The position numbers were made by a program, and so were the translations under genes. Of a stretch of DNA of 64,000 nucleotides, positions 49,270-57,578 are shown piece by piece. Each line of letters opens with the position of its first letter. The stretch's first letter is position 1. The notes beneath the pieces are model-generated. The model was not told the DNA's origin, did not search any database, and was given only the letters and a program-made list of their open reading frames with translations. The stretch is from Bryobacteraceae bacterium (GTDB lineage Bacteria; Acidobacteriota; Terriglobia; Bryobacterales; Bryobacteraceae), in assembly GCA_965219315.1 (NCBI GenBank), contig CBDCNB010000003.1:1894463-1958462 (forward strand). The letters are read 5' to 3'.

Positions 49270-49635
49270 ATGGCACTTACAGCTAAGACAAGACAAGTAG
49301 GCGACGTCGCGTTGGTGGATTTTCACGGCAGAATCACGCTCGGCGAAAATACGGGCATTTTGCGGGAAGAAGTACGGTCTCTTTTGGCGGACGGCAAGAA
49401 AAATATTCTTTTAAATATGCAGAATGTCAGCTACGTGGACAGCGGCGGGCTTGGTGAACTGGTCGGCGCGTTTACCACCGTTGCGAAAGAGGGCGGTTCG
49501 GTAAAGCTGCTGCATTTGCAGGGCAAGATGAAAGACCTGTTGCAGATTACGAAGCTGCATACGGTGTTCGCTACCTTCGACGACGAGCAGAAGGCAGTGG
49601 AGAGCTTCCAAACAACCAGTACGGCCAAAGCCTAA
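49270..49635 (+). CDS. STAS domain protein (anti-sigma factor antagonist, SpoIIAA-like)
   Basis: STAS fold pattern with a phosphorylatable-Ser region YVDSGGLGEL. Confidence 0.85.
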   Translation: MALTAKTRQVGDVALVDFHGRITLGENTGILREEVRSLLADGKKNILLNMQNVSYVDSGGLGELVGAFTTVAKEGGSVKLLHLQGKMKDLLQITKLHTVFATFDDEQKAVESFQTTSTAKA

Positions 49636-49639
49636 TATT

Positions 49640-49771
49640 AAACGCGCACAACGGCCACCGAACGGCCTGTGCGCTCCGAAGCTAAACGCGCACAACGGCC
49701 ACCGAACGGCCTGTGCGCTCCGAATTTAAACGCGCACGACGGCCACCGAACGGCCTGTGCGCTCCGAAGTT
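49640..49771. repeat. 3 x 44-bp head-to-tail tandem repeat, each unit an imperfect hairpin
   Basis: Units at 49640-49683, 49684-49727 and 49728-49771 differ by only a few substitutions. Arms GCGCACA-AC-GGCC / GGCC-TGTGCGC. The array fills the gap between convergent genes. Confidence 0.95.
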
Positions 49772-50534
49772 AAGCTCTCATCCGCTTAATGCGGTAGTCA
49801 TCTACCGAGGGCATTTTAATTACTCTACACATCTCGAAGAGGCGCGAGCGGGCACGTTCACCGATGCGCTCTTCGAGCGTGGTGCGGAACGAGTGGCCTC
49901 CGGGGCGGGAAGATTTCTCGATCAGAATGCTGCCGGCGTCAGGATCGGGAAGGTTGGTGGTCGCGATGAGCGGCTTACGATTGTTATAGCGGAAGTTGAC
50001 GATGGATGTGACGGTGTCCTCCACCCAATCGGTAACGCGGTGCGCTCCTAGATCGTCTAGGAGAAGGATTTCGGTCTCTAACGCACTACGATAGGCTTCC
50101 CGGTCGCTGGTGCCGAGATCAGGGTTGTAGCTGGAGCGGATGCGTTCCAGGAGATTCTGGTAGTCGAAGAAGGTGCCTTCATGGCCTCTAGAGAGTAACA
50201 GGCGCAGGGCTGCCACGGCGAGATGAGTCTTACCGGTTCCAGGGGAGCCGACTAGCAGTATCCCCGGCTTTGGATTGTTGGGAAAGCCGCGCGTGTACGA
50301 CATCACGGCCAGCATGACGTCGGAGAGGCCGCGCTGCGCAGTGGGGTTGTCTTGCGGCAGATGAAAGGTATCGAACGAGGCATTCCGGTAGTTTTCGGGA
50401 ATTTGCGAGCGCTCCCTGAACTCGATGATTTGCGATTCGGCCACACAGCCGCAGCGGCCAGCCGATGGAATGCCATCTCTCCTTTCGACGATCCATCCGG
50501 TCCCTCCGCAGACCTTACAATCCGGCTTTGCCAT
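49770..50534 (-). CDS. DnaC/IstB-like AAA+ ATPase with N-terminal Cys4 zinc-ribbon
   Basis: CKVCGGTGW...GRCGC at the N-terminus, Walker A GSPGTGKTHL, Walker B LLLDDLG. Confidence 0.75.
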   Translation of the reverse strand: MAKPDCKVCGGTGWIVERRDGIPSAGRCGCVAESQIIEFRERSQIPENYRNASFDTFHLPQDNPTAQRGLSDVMLAVMSYTRGFPNNPKPGILLVGSPGTGKTHLAVAALRLLLSRGHEGTFFDYQNLLERIRSSYNPDLGTSDREAYRSALETEILLLDDLGAHRVTDWVEDTVTSIVNFRYNNRKPLIATTNLPDPDAGSILIEKSSRPGGHSFRTTLEERIGERARSRLFEMCRVIKMPSVDDYRIKRMRA

Positions 50535-50591
50535 TCACTTCCATTCTTCTTTCCAAATTAGCAATATGTTCTTCTTACGAAACGAAGCCAA

Positions 50592-51248
50592 TCAGGCAGC
50601 CGCTTTGGATGGGACAGGAGACGTTTGTGTCTTGTGCACCGGCAGGGGGGAGGCGCTTGGTGAAGAGTGGGCGGTGCTGAGGACAAGAGGCTGTTTGCTG
50701 ATTTGCGCTTTGATTTTCAGCTCTTCGGCCACGATTTTCATGTTGATAGCGTGAAGTTTGGCGTGGTGGAGTTCCTGTTTTCGCTCTTCTTCGACTTGTT
50801 TTAGCTCTTGTGCTTGCTGGTTTTTCTGCTCCTTTTGGCGGGCGGCGCGAAGCTTGGTAAGATCGCCGAGGCATTTGTGAAAGGCACGGTCGTGCGTGGA
50901 TTGATAGCGGAGATATAAGGCGAGCGCCTTTTCGTCGTCACAGAGGGGTGTCTGGCGGCTGAAGGTCAGCTCCTGCAGATTCAAGGCGCGCTGTCCGAGC
51001 CACCAATGCTGGGCCATCTTCTCCACCAGCAAGGCTTCGGTGGGCGTAGCGGGCTCATGTTCATCGCGCAGACCGTCGAGCAGGTCGTCGTAATGTTCCG
51101 CGGTTTCCCAGGGCTGAAGAACGAATTCGCCGGAGAGGCCGTGGCGAAAGCTGTTCTGGGAAGAGGCGGCCTTGCCTGCTTCCGTTTTTGGCCCGGTGGA
51201 CGCCTGGGCGTTGGTTTGATTAGCGATGATTTGCGCGGCGGTCGACAT
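50592..51248 (-). CDS. hypothetical protein with charged coiled-coil C-terminus
   Basis: 218 aa. N-terminal ANQTNAQASTGPKTEAGKAASSQNSFRHGL, a motif I believe recurs in uncharacterised proteins (not verified). K/E/Q-rich predicted helix. Confidence 0.5.
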   Translation of the reverse strand: MSTAAQIIANQTNAQASTGPKTEAGKAASSQNSFRHGLSGEFVLQPWETAEHYDDLLDGLRDEHEPATPTEALLVEKMAQHWWLGQRALNLQELTFSRQTPLCDDEKALALYLRYQSTHDRAFHKCLGDLTKLRAARQKEQKNQQAQELKQVEEERKQELHHAKLHAINMKIVAEELKIKAQISKQPLVLSTAHSSPSASPLPVHKTQTSPVPSKAAA

Positions 51249-51438
51249 GGTTGTGAGAGCCTCCTTTAAGGCGACCTGACGATAGCATGGGAGAACGGTA
51301 AAACGAACTATGCTTAGTCGAAAAGTGAGGTTAAGTGCTTCGTTTTCAGCGCAAAATTATTTTTTGAAATCTGTGACCGAGGTTTGGAGCGCCTCGCGTT
51401 TGCTAGAAATAGAAGCGAACACATCCGCTTCGCCGACA

Positions 51439-52032
51439 ATGAATACCGATTCTGGACTGAGGGAACGCAAGAGGGCTAAAACGAGGGAACAAATTATCGA
51501 GGCCACCGTTACGCTTTGCTTGCACCATGGTTTTCGGAAAGTGACGATTCAGCAGATCGTCGATTCGGTGGACGTCTCGAGAAGGACCTTCTTTCGATAC
51601 TTTCGCACGAAAGAGGACGTTATTCTTGAGCGAATTCGGTCCTTTTGCGATGACGTGCAAATCGATTTGCAGTCGCGGCCTCAGGAGGAACCGATTTGGG
51701 ACTCTCTGGTGGCGTCGCTTTCGCGCTTCATAAAACGGAGCGCACTGAATGCCGTGGGCATGGTTTCCCTGCATCGAATGATGATGGAAAATGCATCGCT
51801 GCGAGCAAGGAAGTTCGAAATACCATCGACTTGGGAAACGGCGCTGCTTCCGGAAGTGCGGAAAAGAATCGGTCGTGGACGTGAGCAAGACACGAGGGCG
51901 CGGGTTTTGGTCGCCGCCGCTATTGCATCGGCAAATGTAGCCTTCGATGTTTGGCACGAGAGTGGCGGGAAAGTCAGCCTAAACCGAGTGGCGCAATCGG
52001 CCTTCAAACTAAGTAAACCTGCTTCCGGTTAG
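51439..52032 (+). CDS. TetR/AcrR family transcriptional regulator
   Basis: HTH region GFRKVTIQQIVDSVDVSRRTFFRYFRTKEDV. Start at MNTDSG. Confidence 0.85.
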   Translation: MNTDSGLRERKRAKTREQIIEATVTLCLHHGFRKVTIQQIVDSVDVSRRTFFRYFRTKEDVILERIRSFCDDVQIDLQSRPQEEPIWDSLVASLSRFIKRSALNAVGMVSLHRMMMENASLRARKFEIPSTWETALLPEVRKRIGRGREQDTRARVLVAAAIASANVAFDVWHESGGKVSLNRVAQSAFKLSKPASG

Positions 52033-52087
52033 AACCTAATAGTATCGTCCTCGGTACTTTACGGGTATCGAGGAAACTGTCAAGGCG

Positions 52088-52132
52088 TGCCATTTGGCAT
52101 TGCTTGACTTGAGAAGAATTCGATCTTAACGT
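52088..52132 (+). promoter_or_regulatory. putative promoter with operator palindrome for the ferredoxin-P450 operon
   Basis: Palindrome TGCCATTTGGCA (52088-52099), TTGACT (52104-52109), a 17-nt spacer, TAACGT (52127-52132), then GAGGA and the ATG at 52140. Confidence 0.4.
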
Positions 52133-52139
52133 TTGAGGA

Positions 52140-52367
52140 ATGCGAATTGTTGTGGACCTCAACCGCTGTCAAGCCTATGGGCAGTGTTGCTTCTTAGACC
52201 CCGATGACTTTCGACTGCATGGCGGAGACGAGTCCCTGCTTTACAATCCACAGCCGGACGATGCACGGAAGGAGCAGGTGCTCCGTGCCTTAGCCGCTTG
52301 CCCGGTGCAGGCCATTCGCGTCGAGTTGACGAGCGACGCCACGACGGATGGGAGCGCTGGGAAGTGA
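52140..52367 (+). CDS. small [3Fe-4S]/[4Fe-4S]-type ferredoxin (P450 redox partner type)
   Basis: DLNRCQAYGQC...ACPVQAI cysteine pattern, 75 aa. Confidence 0.8.
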   Translation: MRIVVDLNRCQAYGQCCFLDPDDFRLHGGDESLLYNPQPDDARKEQVLRALAACPVQAIRVELTSDATTDGSAGK

Positions 52368-53734
52368 GGCGGGCCGAGGAACCGGAATCGATTGTTATTG
52401 TAGGCGCTTCGTTATGCGGGTTGAGCGCCGCCGAAACTCTGCGGGAAGAAGGCTATCAGGGCAAGCTGGCGGTGATTGGAGACGAGAACCATGAGCCATA
52501 TGACCGTCCACCATTTTCTAAGCAGGTGGCCATCGGCTGGGTGGACCCTGCCCATACTGCGTTGCCGCGACGGCATACCTTCGATGTGGACTGGCGTCTG
52601 GGTAGGGCGGCAACAAGTCTTTCGGTTGGTGAGAAGACGGTGCAACTGGCGAATGGGTCAAAGCTCGCATACGACAAGCTGTTGATTGCCACCGGCGCTC
52701 GTTCTCGGCCATGGCCCAAGGCGGAAGAAGCGAAGCTGGAAGGCGTTTTGTCGATTCGCACGGTAGAAGACGGGGTGGAATTTCGAAGGCTCGTCGCAAA
52801 AGCACCGAAGCGCGTGCTGGTGATTGGAGCAGGCTTCACGGGTTCTGAAATTGCATCGGCTTGCTTGGATCTGGGACTTTCCGTCACGGTCATTGAGCAA
52901 GGCGCGAAGCCGCTCCACAATGCGCTGGGCGGAGCGGTAGGCGACGTCATGGCGGAGGTGCAAAAAGAACGCGGAGTGGACTTGCGCTGCGGCGTCGGCG
53001 TGGAGCGGCTGGAGGGCGAAGGCGGCAAGCTGCGGCGCGCGCATCTCTCCGACGGCTCAGTAGTGGAAGCCGATATTGCAGTGACCGCGTTGGGCGCGGT
53101 GCGGAATATCGAATGGCTGAAGGACTCCGGATTGGCGGTGGGGCCGTGGGGCGTGGCGTGCGATGCCGGATGCCGTGCCTTCGACAAGTTCGGAGCGGTG
53201 GTCGATGACGTTTATGCAGGCGGCGACGTGGCGCGATTTCCGCACCCGCTGTTCGATTTTCAGTTTGTGACTTTAGAGCATTGGGGCAACGCGGTGGCGC
53301 AGGGTGCGACGGCGGCTCATAACATGCGGTCACCACAAACGACACGGCGTCCACATCTGGAGGTGCCGGCGTTCTGGTCGAACCAGTTCGGTTTGAATAT
53401 CAAGAGTTTGGGCGCGCCGAATTTTGCCGACGAGGCAGTGGTGACGCTGGGTTCGTTCGAGTCACGCCGGTTTGTGGTCGCTTACGGCAAGAAAGGAAGG
53501 CTGTGCGCGGCTTTGACCGTGAACTCACCGAGATGGCTGGAGTTGTTCGAGGCGCAGATAGCAAGGCAAGCGCCTTTCCCTCCCGATCTGGAAGGAATCG
53601 ACCGCCCAACAAAAATAGAGATTCTAGCGGCTGATTTCCCGCCGCCTTCGTCGGCTGGATCCTCGCCCTACATTATGCTGACCGGCCACAGCGTCAGCGA
53701 ACCGCAGGCGGAAATGGTGATTCCGAAAAACTAG
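52364..53734 (+). CDS. FAD-dependent NAD(P)H ferredoxin reductase
   Basis: Two dinucleotide folds (IVIVGASLCG, VLVIGAGFTGSE). GTG start overlaps the ferredoxin stop (GTGA). Has a C-terminal extension of about 50 aa. Confidence 0.85.
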   Translation: MRRAEEPESIVIVGASLCGLSAAETLREEGYQGKLAVIGDENHEPYDRPPFSKQVAIGWVDPAHTALPRRHTFDVDWRLGRAATSLSVGEKTVQLANGSKLAYDKLLIATGARSRPWPKAEEAKLEGVLSIRTVEDGVEFRRLVAKAPKRVLVIGAGFTGSEIASACLDLGLSVTVIEQGAKPLHNALGGAVGDVMAEVQKERGVDLRCGVGVERLEGEGGKLRRAHLSDGSVVEADIAVTALGAVRNIEWLKDSGLAVGPWGVACDAGCRAFDKFGAVVDDVYAGGDVARFPHPLFDFQFVTLEHWGNAVAQGATAAHNMRSPQTTRRPHLEVPAFWSNQFGLNIKSLGAPNFADEAVVTLGSFESRRFVVAYGKKGRLCAALTVNSPRWLELFEAQIARQAPFPPDLEGIDRPTKIEILAADFPPPSSAGSSPYIMLTGHSVSEPQAEMVIPKN

Positions 53735-53751
53735 GGCCAAGACAAAATATA

Positions 53752-54990
53752 ATGCCAAACCAGACTACATATCAGCGAGCGATGGATTATGCCGTGCGGC
53801 CCAACCCTTTCGACATTTACGAAGAAGTACGGCAGGCGGGGGTGGAGCGGCAGGAGGACGGAACTTACGTTGTAAGTACGTACGCCGACGTACAAGCCTT
53901 GCTGCACGACCCCAGGGTGACATCCGACCTGACCAAACGCAATCCGTCTCCACAACAGGAGGACAGTGAACCTGTCGCCGAGCACAAAACCGACTTAAGC
54001 GAAGTGGATCCACCCCGACACGATGTTCTGCGGCGGCAGGCAATGAGGCAGTTCGGGCCGCCCAACAAGCCCGGTTATATTTTGGATTTGCACGACACGC
54101 TGCAAGGGATTGTGGATGGCCTTGTCGATGAGATTGCGGGCCAGAAAGGCGGCGAGATCGACCTGATCGAGAAGTTCGCCTATCCGTTTCCTGTTGCCGT
54201 GATTTGCAAACTGCTGGGAATACCCGATGAAGATAAGCCAAAGATTGAGAAATGGACGCATGCCCTTTCCAATCCCGGTTCTCTGAACGAAGTAAAAGCG
54301 GCGAGCGCGAAAGCATTTCACGAGATCAATGCGTATATTTCGGAATTGATTGAGAAACATAGTCGGCGGCCAGGCGACGACATGATTTCCGGCATGCTGA
54401 ACGACGACGGCCCCCATGGCCGCATGGGGCACGACGACCTGGTTGCGACCGCCTCGCTGCTGGTAAGCGCCGGGCATGAAACGACCGTAAATTTGATCGG
54501 CAACGGCATGCTGTTTCTGTTGCGGCGACCGGACCTAGTGAGTCGCCTGCTGAAGGAGCCGGAGTATGTGATCCGTTTTGTGGAAGAGCTGCTGCGGTTC
54601 GAGAGTCCAGTCCAGTTCCTGCATCAGCGGTCAGCTTTGAAGGACATGGAGGTGTCTGGAGTATCGATAACGAAGGGATCTCCGGTGCTGCTGTTTTTGG
54701 GCGCGGCCAATCGGGATCGCAAGCGCTTTCCCGATGCCGATAGCTTCGATGCCGATCGCGAGGACAATCAACATCTCGGTTTCGGCAGCGGACAGCATAG
54801 TTGTTTCGGCGCGCCGTTGGCCAGGCTGGAGGCGCAACTAGCGCTGCCGACACTGTTCCGCCGTTTGGTGGAGCCCAAGCTGGTGATCGATCCGCCGCCC
54901 TACCGGACGAACCCGATGGTGCGCGGCCCGATCGAGCTGAAAATCACGGTAACCGATGTAAAGGCATACGGGCAAGGTGGATCGCAATGA
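53752..54990 (+). CDS. cytochrome P450
   Basis: I-helix AGHETT, EXXR (EELLRFES), and heme loop FGSGQHSCFGAPLA. Confidence 0.9.
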   Translation: MPNQTTYQRAMDYAVRPNPFDIYEEVRQAGVERQEDGTYVVSTYADVQALLHDPRVTSDLTKRNPSPQQEDSEPVAEHKTDLSEVDPPRHDVLRRQAMRQFGPPNKPGYILDLHDTLQGIVDGLVDEIAGQKGGEIDLIEKFAYPFPVAVICKLLGIPDEDKPKIEKWTHALSNPGSLNEVKAASAKAFHEINAYISELIEKHSRRPGDDMISGMLNDDGPHGRMGHDDLVATASLLVSAGHETTVNLIGNGMLFLLRRPDLVSRLLKEPEYVIRFVEELLRFESPVQFLHQRSALKDMEVSGVSITKGSPVLLFLGAANRDRKRFPDADSFDADREDNQHLGFGSGQHSCFGAPLARLEAQLALPTLFRRLVEPKLVIDPPPYRTNPMVRGPIELKITVTDVKAYGQGGSQ

Positions 54991-55787
54991 AATTAGAGCA
55001 GGGACAAGTGGCGGTGGTGACCGGCGCAGCTTCCGGGATCGGCCTGGCTCTCGCCCATGCCTTTGCGCGGCGAGGGTTGAAAGTGGTGTTGTCGGATTTG
55101 AACGAGGAGCAGTTGAAGCCGGCGCTGAGCGACCTGCAGGCGAAGGGCGGAGCTGGGATGATATTTGCGGGCGATGTGGGCGACCCGACGAGCGTGGACG
55201 GGCTCCGCGATGCGACGCTGCAACAGTTGGGCCGGGTGGACATTGCTTGCAATAATGCCGGAATTGCGATCGCGGGCAAGGCGCTTTGGGAGTTCGAGCG
55301 GGAGGCATGGGAAAAGACACTGCATGTCGATCTGTGGGGAGTGATTAACGGCATTCGCAGCTTTGTGCCTTTGTTCGTAAAACAAGGCAGCGGGCACGTT
55401 GTTAATACCGCCTCGCTCGCCGGCGTCGGCACTGTGCCGTTTAACGGAATTTATGACGCCTGCAAGCACGCAGTGGTGTCGATGACCGAGAGCATGCGGG
55501 CGGAGATGGATGAACGCGGCATTGACGTTGGGACGACCGTTCTTTGTCCTGGGTTGGTGCGCACCAGCATTGGTAAAGACGGACAAAAAACGAAGCCCGA
55601 AGATGGCGATTCCCAGCCCTCCTATCAGGAAGCGCAGGGTGCCGAAGTACTGGATGCGGAGGTGTGCGCGGAACGTACCCTAGCGGCCATTGAAGCCAAC
55701 AAACTGCATGTCTTCCCGAATCGCGGCTCGGGAGAGATGATTCGCAAGCGAGTGGAACGGTTACTGGAAGACGTTGCGAACCAATAG
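54987..55787 (+). CDS. SDR family oxidoreductase
   Basis: TGAASGIGLA cofactor motif and YDACK catalytic motif. ATGA overlap with the P450 stop. Confidence 0.9.
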   Translation: MKLEQGQVAVVTGAASGIGLALAHAFARRGLKVVLSDLNEEQLKPALSDLQAKGGAGMIFAGDVGDPTSVDGLRDATLQQLGRVDIACNNAGIAIAGKALWEFEREAWEKTLHVDLWGVINGIRSFVPLFVKQGSGHVVNTASLAGVGTVPFNGIYDACKHAVVSMTESMRAEMDERGIDVGTTVLCPGLVRTSIGKDGQKTKPEDGDSQPSYQEAQGAEVLDAEVCAERTLAAIEANKLHVFPNRGSGEMIRKRVERLLEDVANQ

Positions 55788-56604
55788 TATTTCGGGAATC
55801 GTTTTTGGATTGCTGATGATAACGAGGGCCATGCCGAGCTTGGCGCAAAACCAGCAGGGTAACGTGGATTCGGCCAGCCGCCTGGGCCGCAGCACCGATA
55901 TTGTGCTGTTGCCCTTCACCGTGAACACGGATTTCGGCGGAGGACGAGACGGCAGCGGCTTTCGCACAGTGTTAAATATCAATCCAGCGGCTGTTTTCAA
56001 CGTTTCGTCGCGTTTGAATGTGATCAGCAACACGCAGATACCGATCCAGCATTCCGACGTAGCGCCAGGCGAGCCGATCACCGGCATGGGCGATCTGATC
56101 CAGAATACCTGGTTTTCTCCGTCCAGTCATTCCGGCAGTGCGACGACCAAGGAAAAGAGGGCTATCAATTGGGGACTGGGCGCAGTTCTGTTAGCACCGG
56201 CGGCGATCCCTTCTGCTTTGGGTCAGCACCAATGGGGCGCGGGTCCTTCGGGGTTTATCACGCGGCAAGACGGCGCACTGACCGTTGGCTTGATCGCTAA
56301 TCAGACCGTAGCGTTCGCAGGCTTCCGGCCAGGCCGTTCGGATGTGAATCGCACTTACATGTACCCTTTCGTGAGCTACATTCTGCGAAGCAAGACGGCT
56401 CTCAATGCGAGTGCGGATGGCACCTACGATTGGACGGGTGGCCAATGGTACGTGCCAGTGACGATCAGCGCCAGCCAGCCAATCACGTTTGGCGAGCGAT
56501 TAATCAGCGTAGGCGCGGGAGTGCGCAGCTTTGCGGGCGGCCGAACGGGGAAGCCGTCCATCGGGTTACAGGTGTACCTAACGTATTTCTGGGCGCGCAA
56601 ATGA
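55774..56604 (+). CDS. putative outer-membrane beta-barrel channel (MetA-pathway/phenol-degradation-like transporter, tentative)
   Basis: Signal peptide ending SLAQ, alternating beta-strand-like pattern, and a GMGDL motif reminiscent of that OMP family. The start may be the internal Met at 55816. Confidence 0.45.
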   Translation: MRTNSISGIVFGLLMITRAMPSLAQNQQGNVDSASRLGRSTDIVLLPFTVNTDFGGGRDGSGFRTVLNINPAAVFNVSSRLNVISNTQIPIQHSDVAPGEPITGMGDLIQNTWFSPSSHSGSATTKEKRAINWGLGAVLLAPAAIPSALGQHQWGAGPSGFITRQDGALTVGLIANQTVAFAGFRPGRSDVNRTYMYPFVSYILRSKTALNASADGTYDWTGGQWYVPVTISASQPITFGERLISVGAGVRSFAGGRTGKPSIGLQVYLTYFWARK

Positions 56605-56683
56605 CAAATGCACAGGTTATTGACATTGAGCGCGGCATGGTTAGGTCGCGTAGAGCGAGTTCACTTTGAAAAGGAGAAAGATA

Positions 56684-57436
56684 ATGGATCGATTGAAGGG
56701 GAAAGTAGCCGTCATCACAGGAGGCAGCAGCGGAATCGGGGCGGCCAGCGCCAAGCTGTTTCAGCAGGAGGGCGCACAGATTGCGATTTTCGGCCGTAAT
56801 AAGGAGGAGCTTTCGAAGGCTCGCGATGAGATCGGTCCCCAAACGCTTATTGTTGCCGGGGATGTGTCGAAAATGGAGGATTTAGAGCGTTTGTTTGAAG
56901 AAACCAGTAGGAGGTTCGGGAAGATCGATGTCGTTTTCGCTAATGCGGGCATGAACAATCCAACAAACACGGTAGTAGATATGCCGGAGGACGGATTCGA
57001 TAAGACATTCGCGGTGAATGTGAAAGGCGTGTACTTCACGGTGCAAAAGGCGATTCCTTTTCTTAATAAGCCGGCGTCCATCATCTTGACGTCGTCGGTT
57101 GGAAACGTGAAAGGCTGGCCGGGCAACACTGTTTATGCCGGAACCAAAGCGGCTGTCCGCTGCTTTGCGCGAGGGATGTCGGCAGAACTCCGGGATCGCG
57201 AAGTAAGGGTAAATGTCTTGAGCCCGGGCCCAACCGACACCGATGTGTTCTCGCCCGATGATGTGCCAGCCGAAAAATTGGAACAGATGAAAAAGCAGGT
57301 GATCGAATCTCTGCCGGCTAAGAGAGTGGCCGACCCTGCAGAGATGGCGCAAGCGGCGTTGTTTTTGGCCTGCGATGACTCCTCTTTCATGCTGGGAAGT
57401 GAATTGGTGATCGATGGCGGGTTGACTCAGCTTTGA
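56684..57436 (+). CDS. SDR family oxidoreductase
   Basis: TGGSSGIGAA and YAGTK motifs. Start at MDRLKGK. Confidence 0.9.
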   Translation: MDRLKGKVAVITGGSSGIGAASAKLFQQEGAQIAIFGRNKEELSKARDEIGPQTLIVAGDVSKMEDLERLFEETSRRFGKIDVVFANAGMNNPTNTVVDMPEDGFDKTFAVNVKGVYFTVQKAIPFLNKPASIILTSSVGNVKGWPGNTVYAGTKAAVRCFARGMSAELRDREVRVNVLSPGPTDTDVFSPDDVPAEKLEQMKKQVIESLPAKRVADPAEMAQAALFLACDDSSFMLGSELVIDGGLTQL

Positions 57437-57578
57437 CGTCCGTTTGTTAAAGCTGTGACCGCATTCTTCCGACGTAGTTTCGCCTTCTAGTTTTTTACGA
57501 ATTCCGGTGCGAATCGGATCTAATAAGTGCTTCTTGCGCTAGCGATTCGGGATACTAGAAGTTCGCGGCGCACGGCAC

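Noticed and set aside
49640-49771. Possible CRISPR array
   Set aside because: The repeats are directly abutting with no spacers. There are only three copies and no cas genes in the window.
49770-50534. IS21-family IstB helper gene, implying a mobile element
   Set aside because: There is no IstA transposase, no terminal inverted repeats and no target duplication nearby. The N-terminal zinc ribbon is not typical of IstB.
52298-52363. Upstream extension of the ferredoxin reductase ORF
   Set aside because: It lies inside the ferredoxin gene. The GTG at 52364 gives the GTGA coupling and a normal N-terminal FAD fold.
54801-54986. Upstream extension of the first SDR ORF
   Set aside because: It lies inside the P450 3' end. 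The ATG at 54987 (ATGA overlap) places the TGAASGIG motif at the normal distance from the N-terminus.
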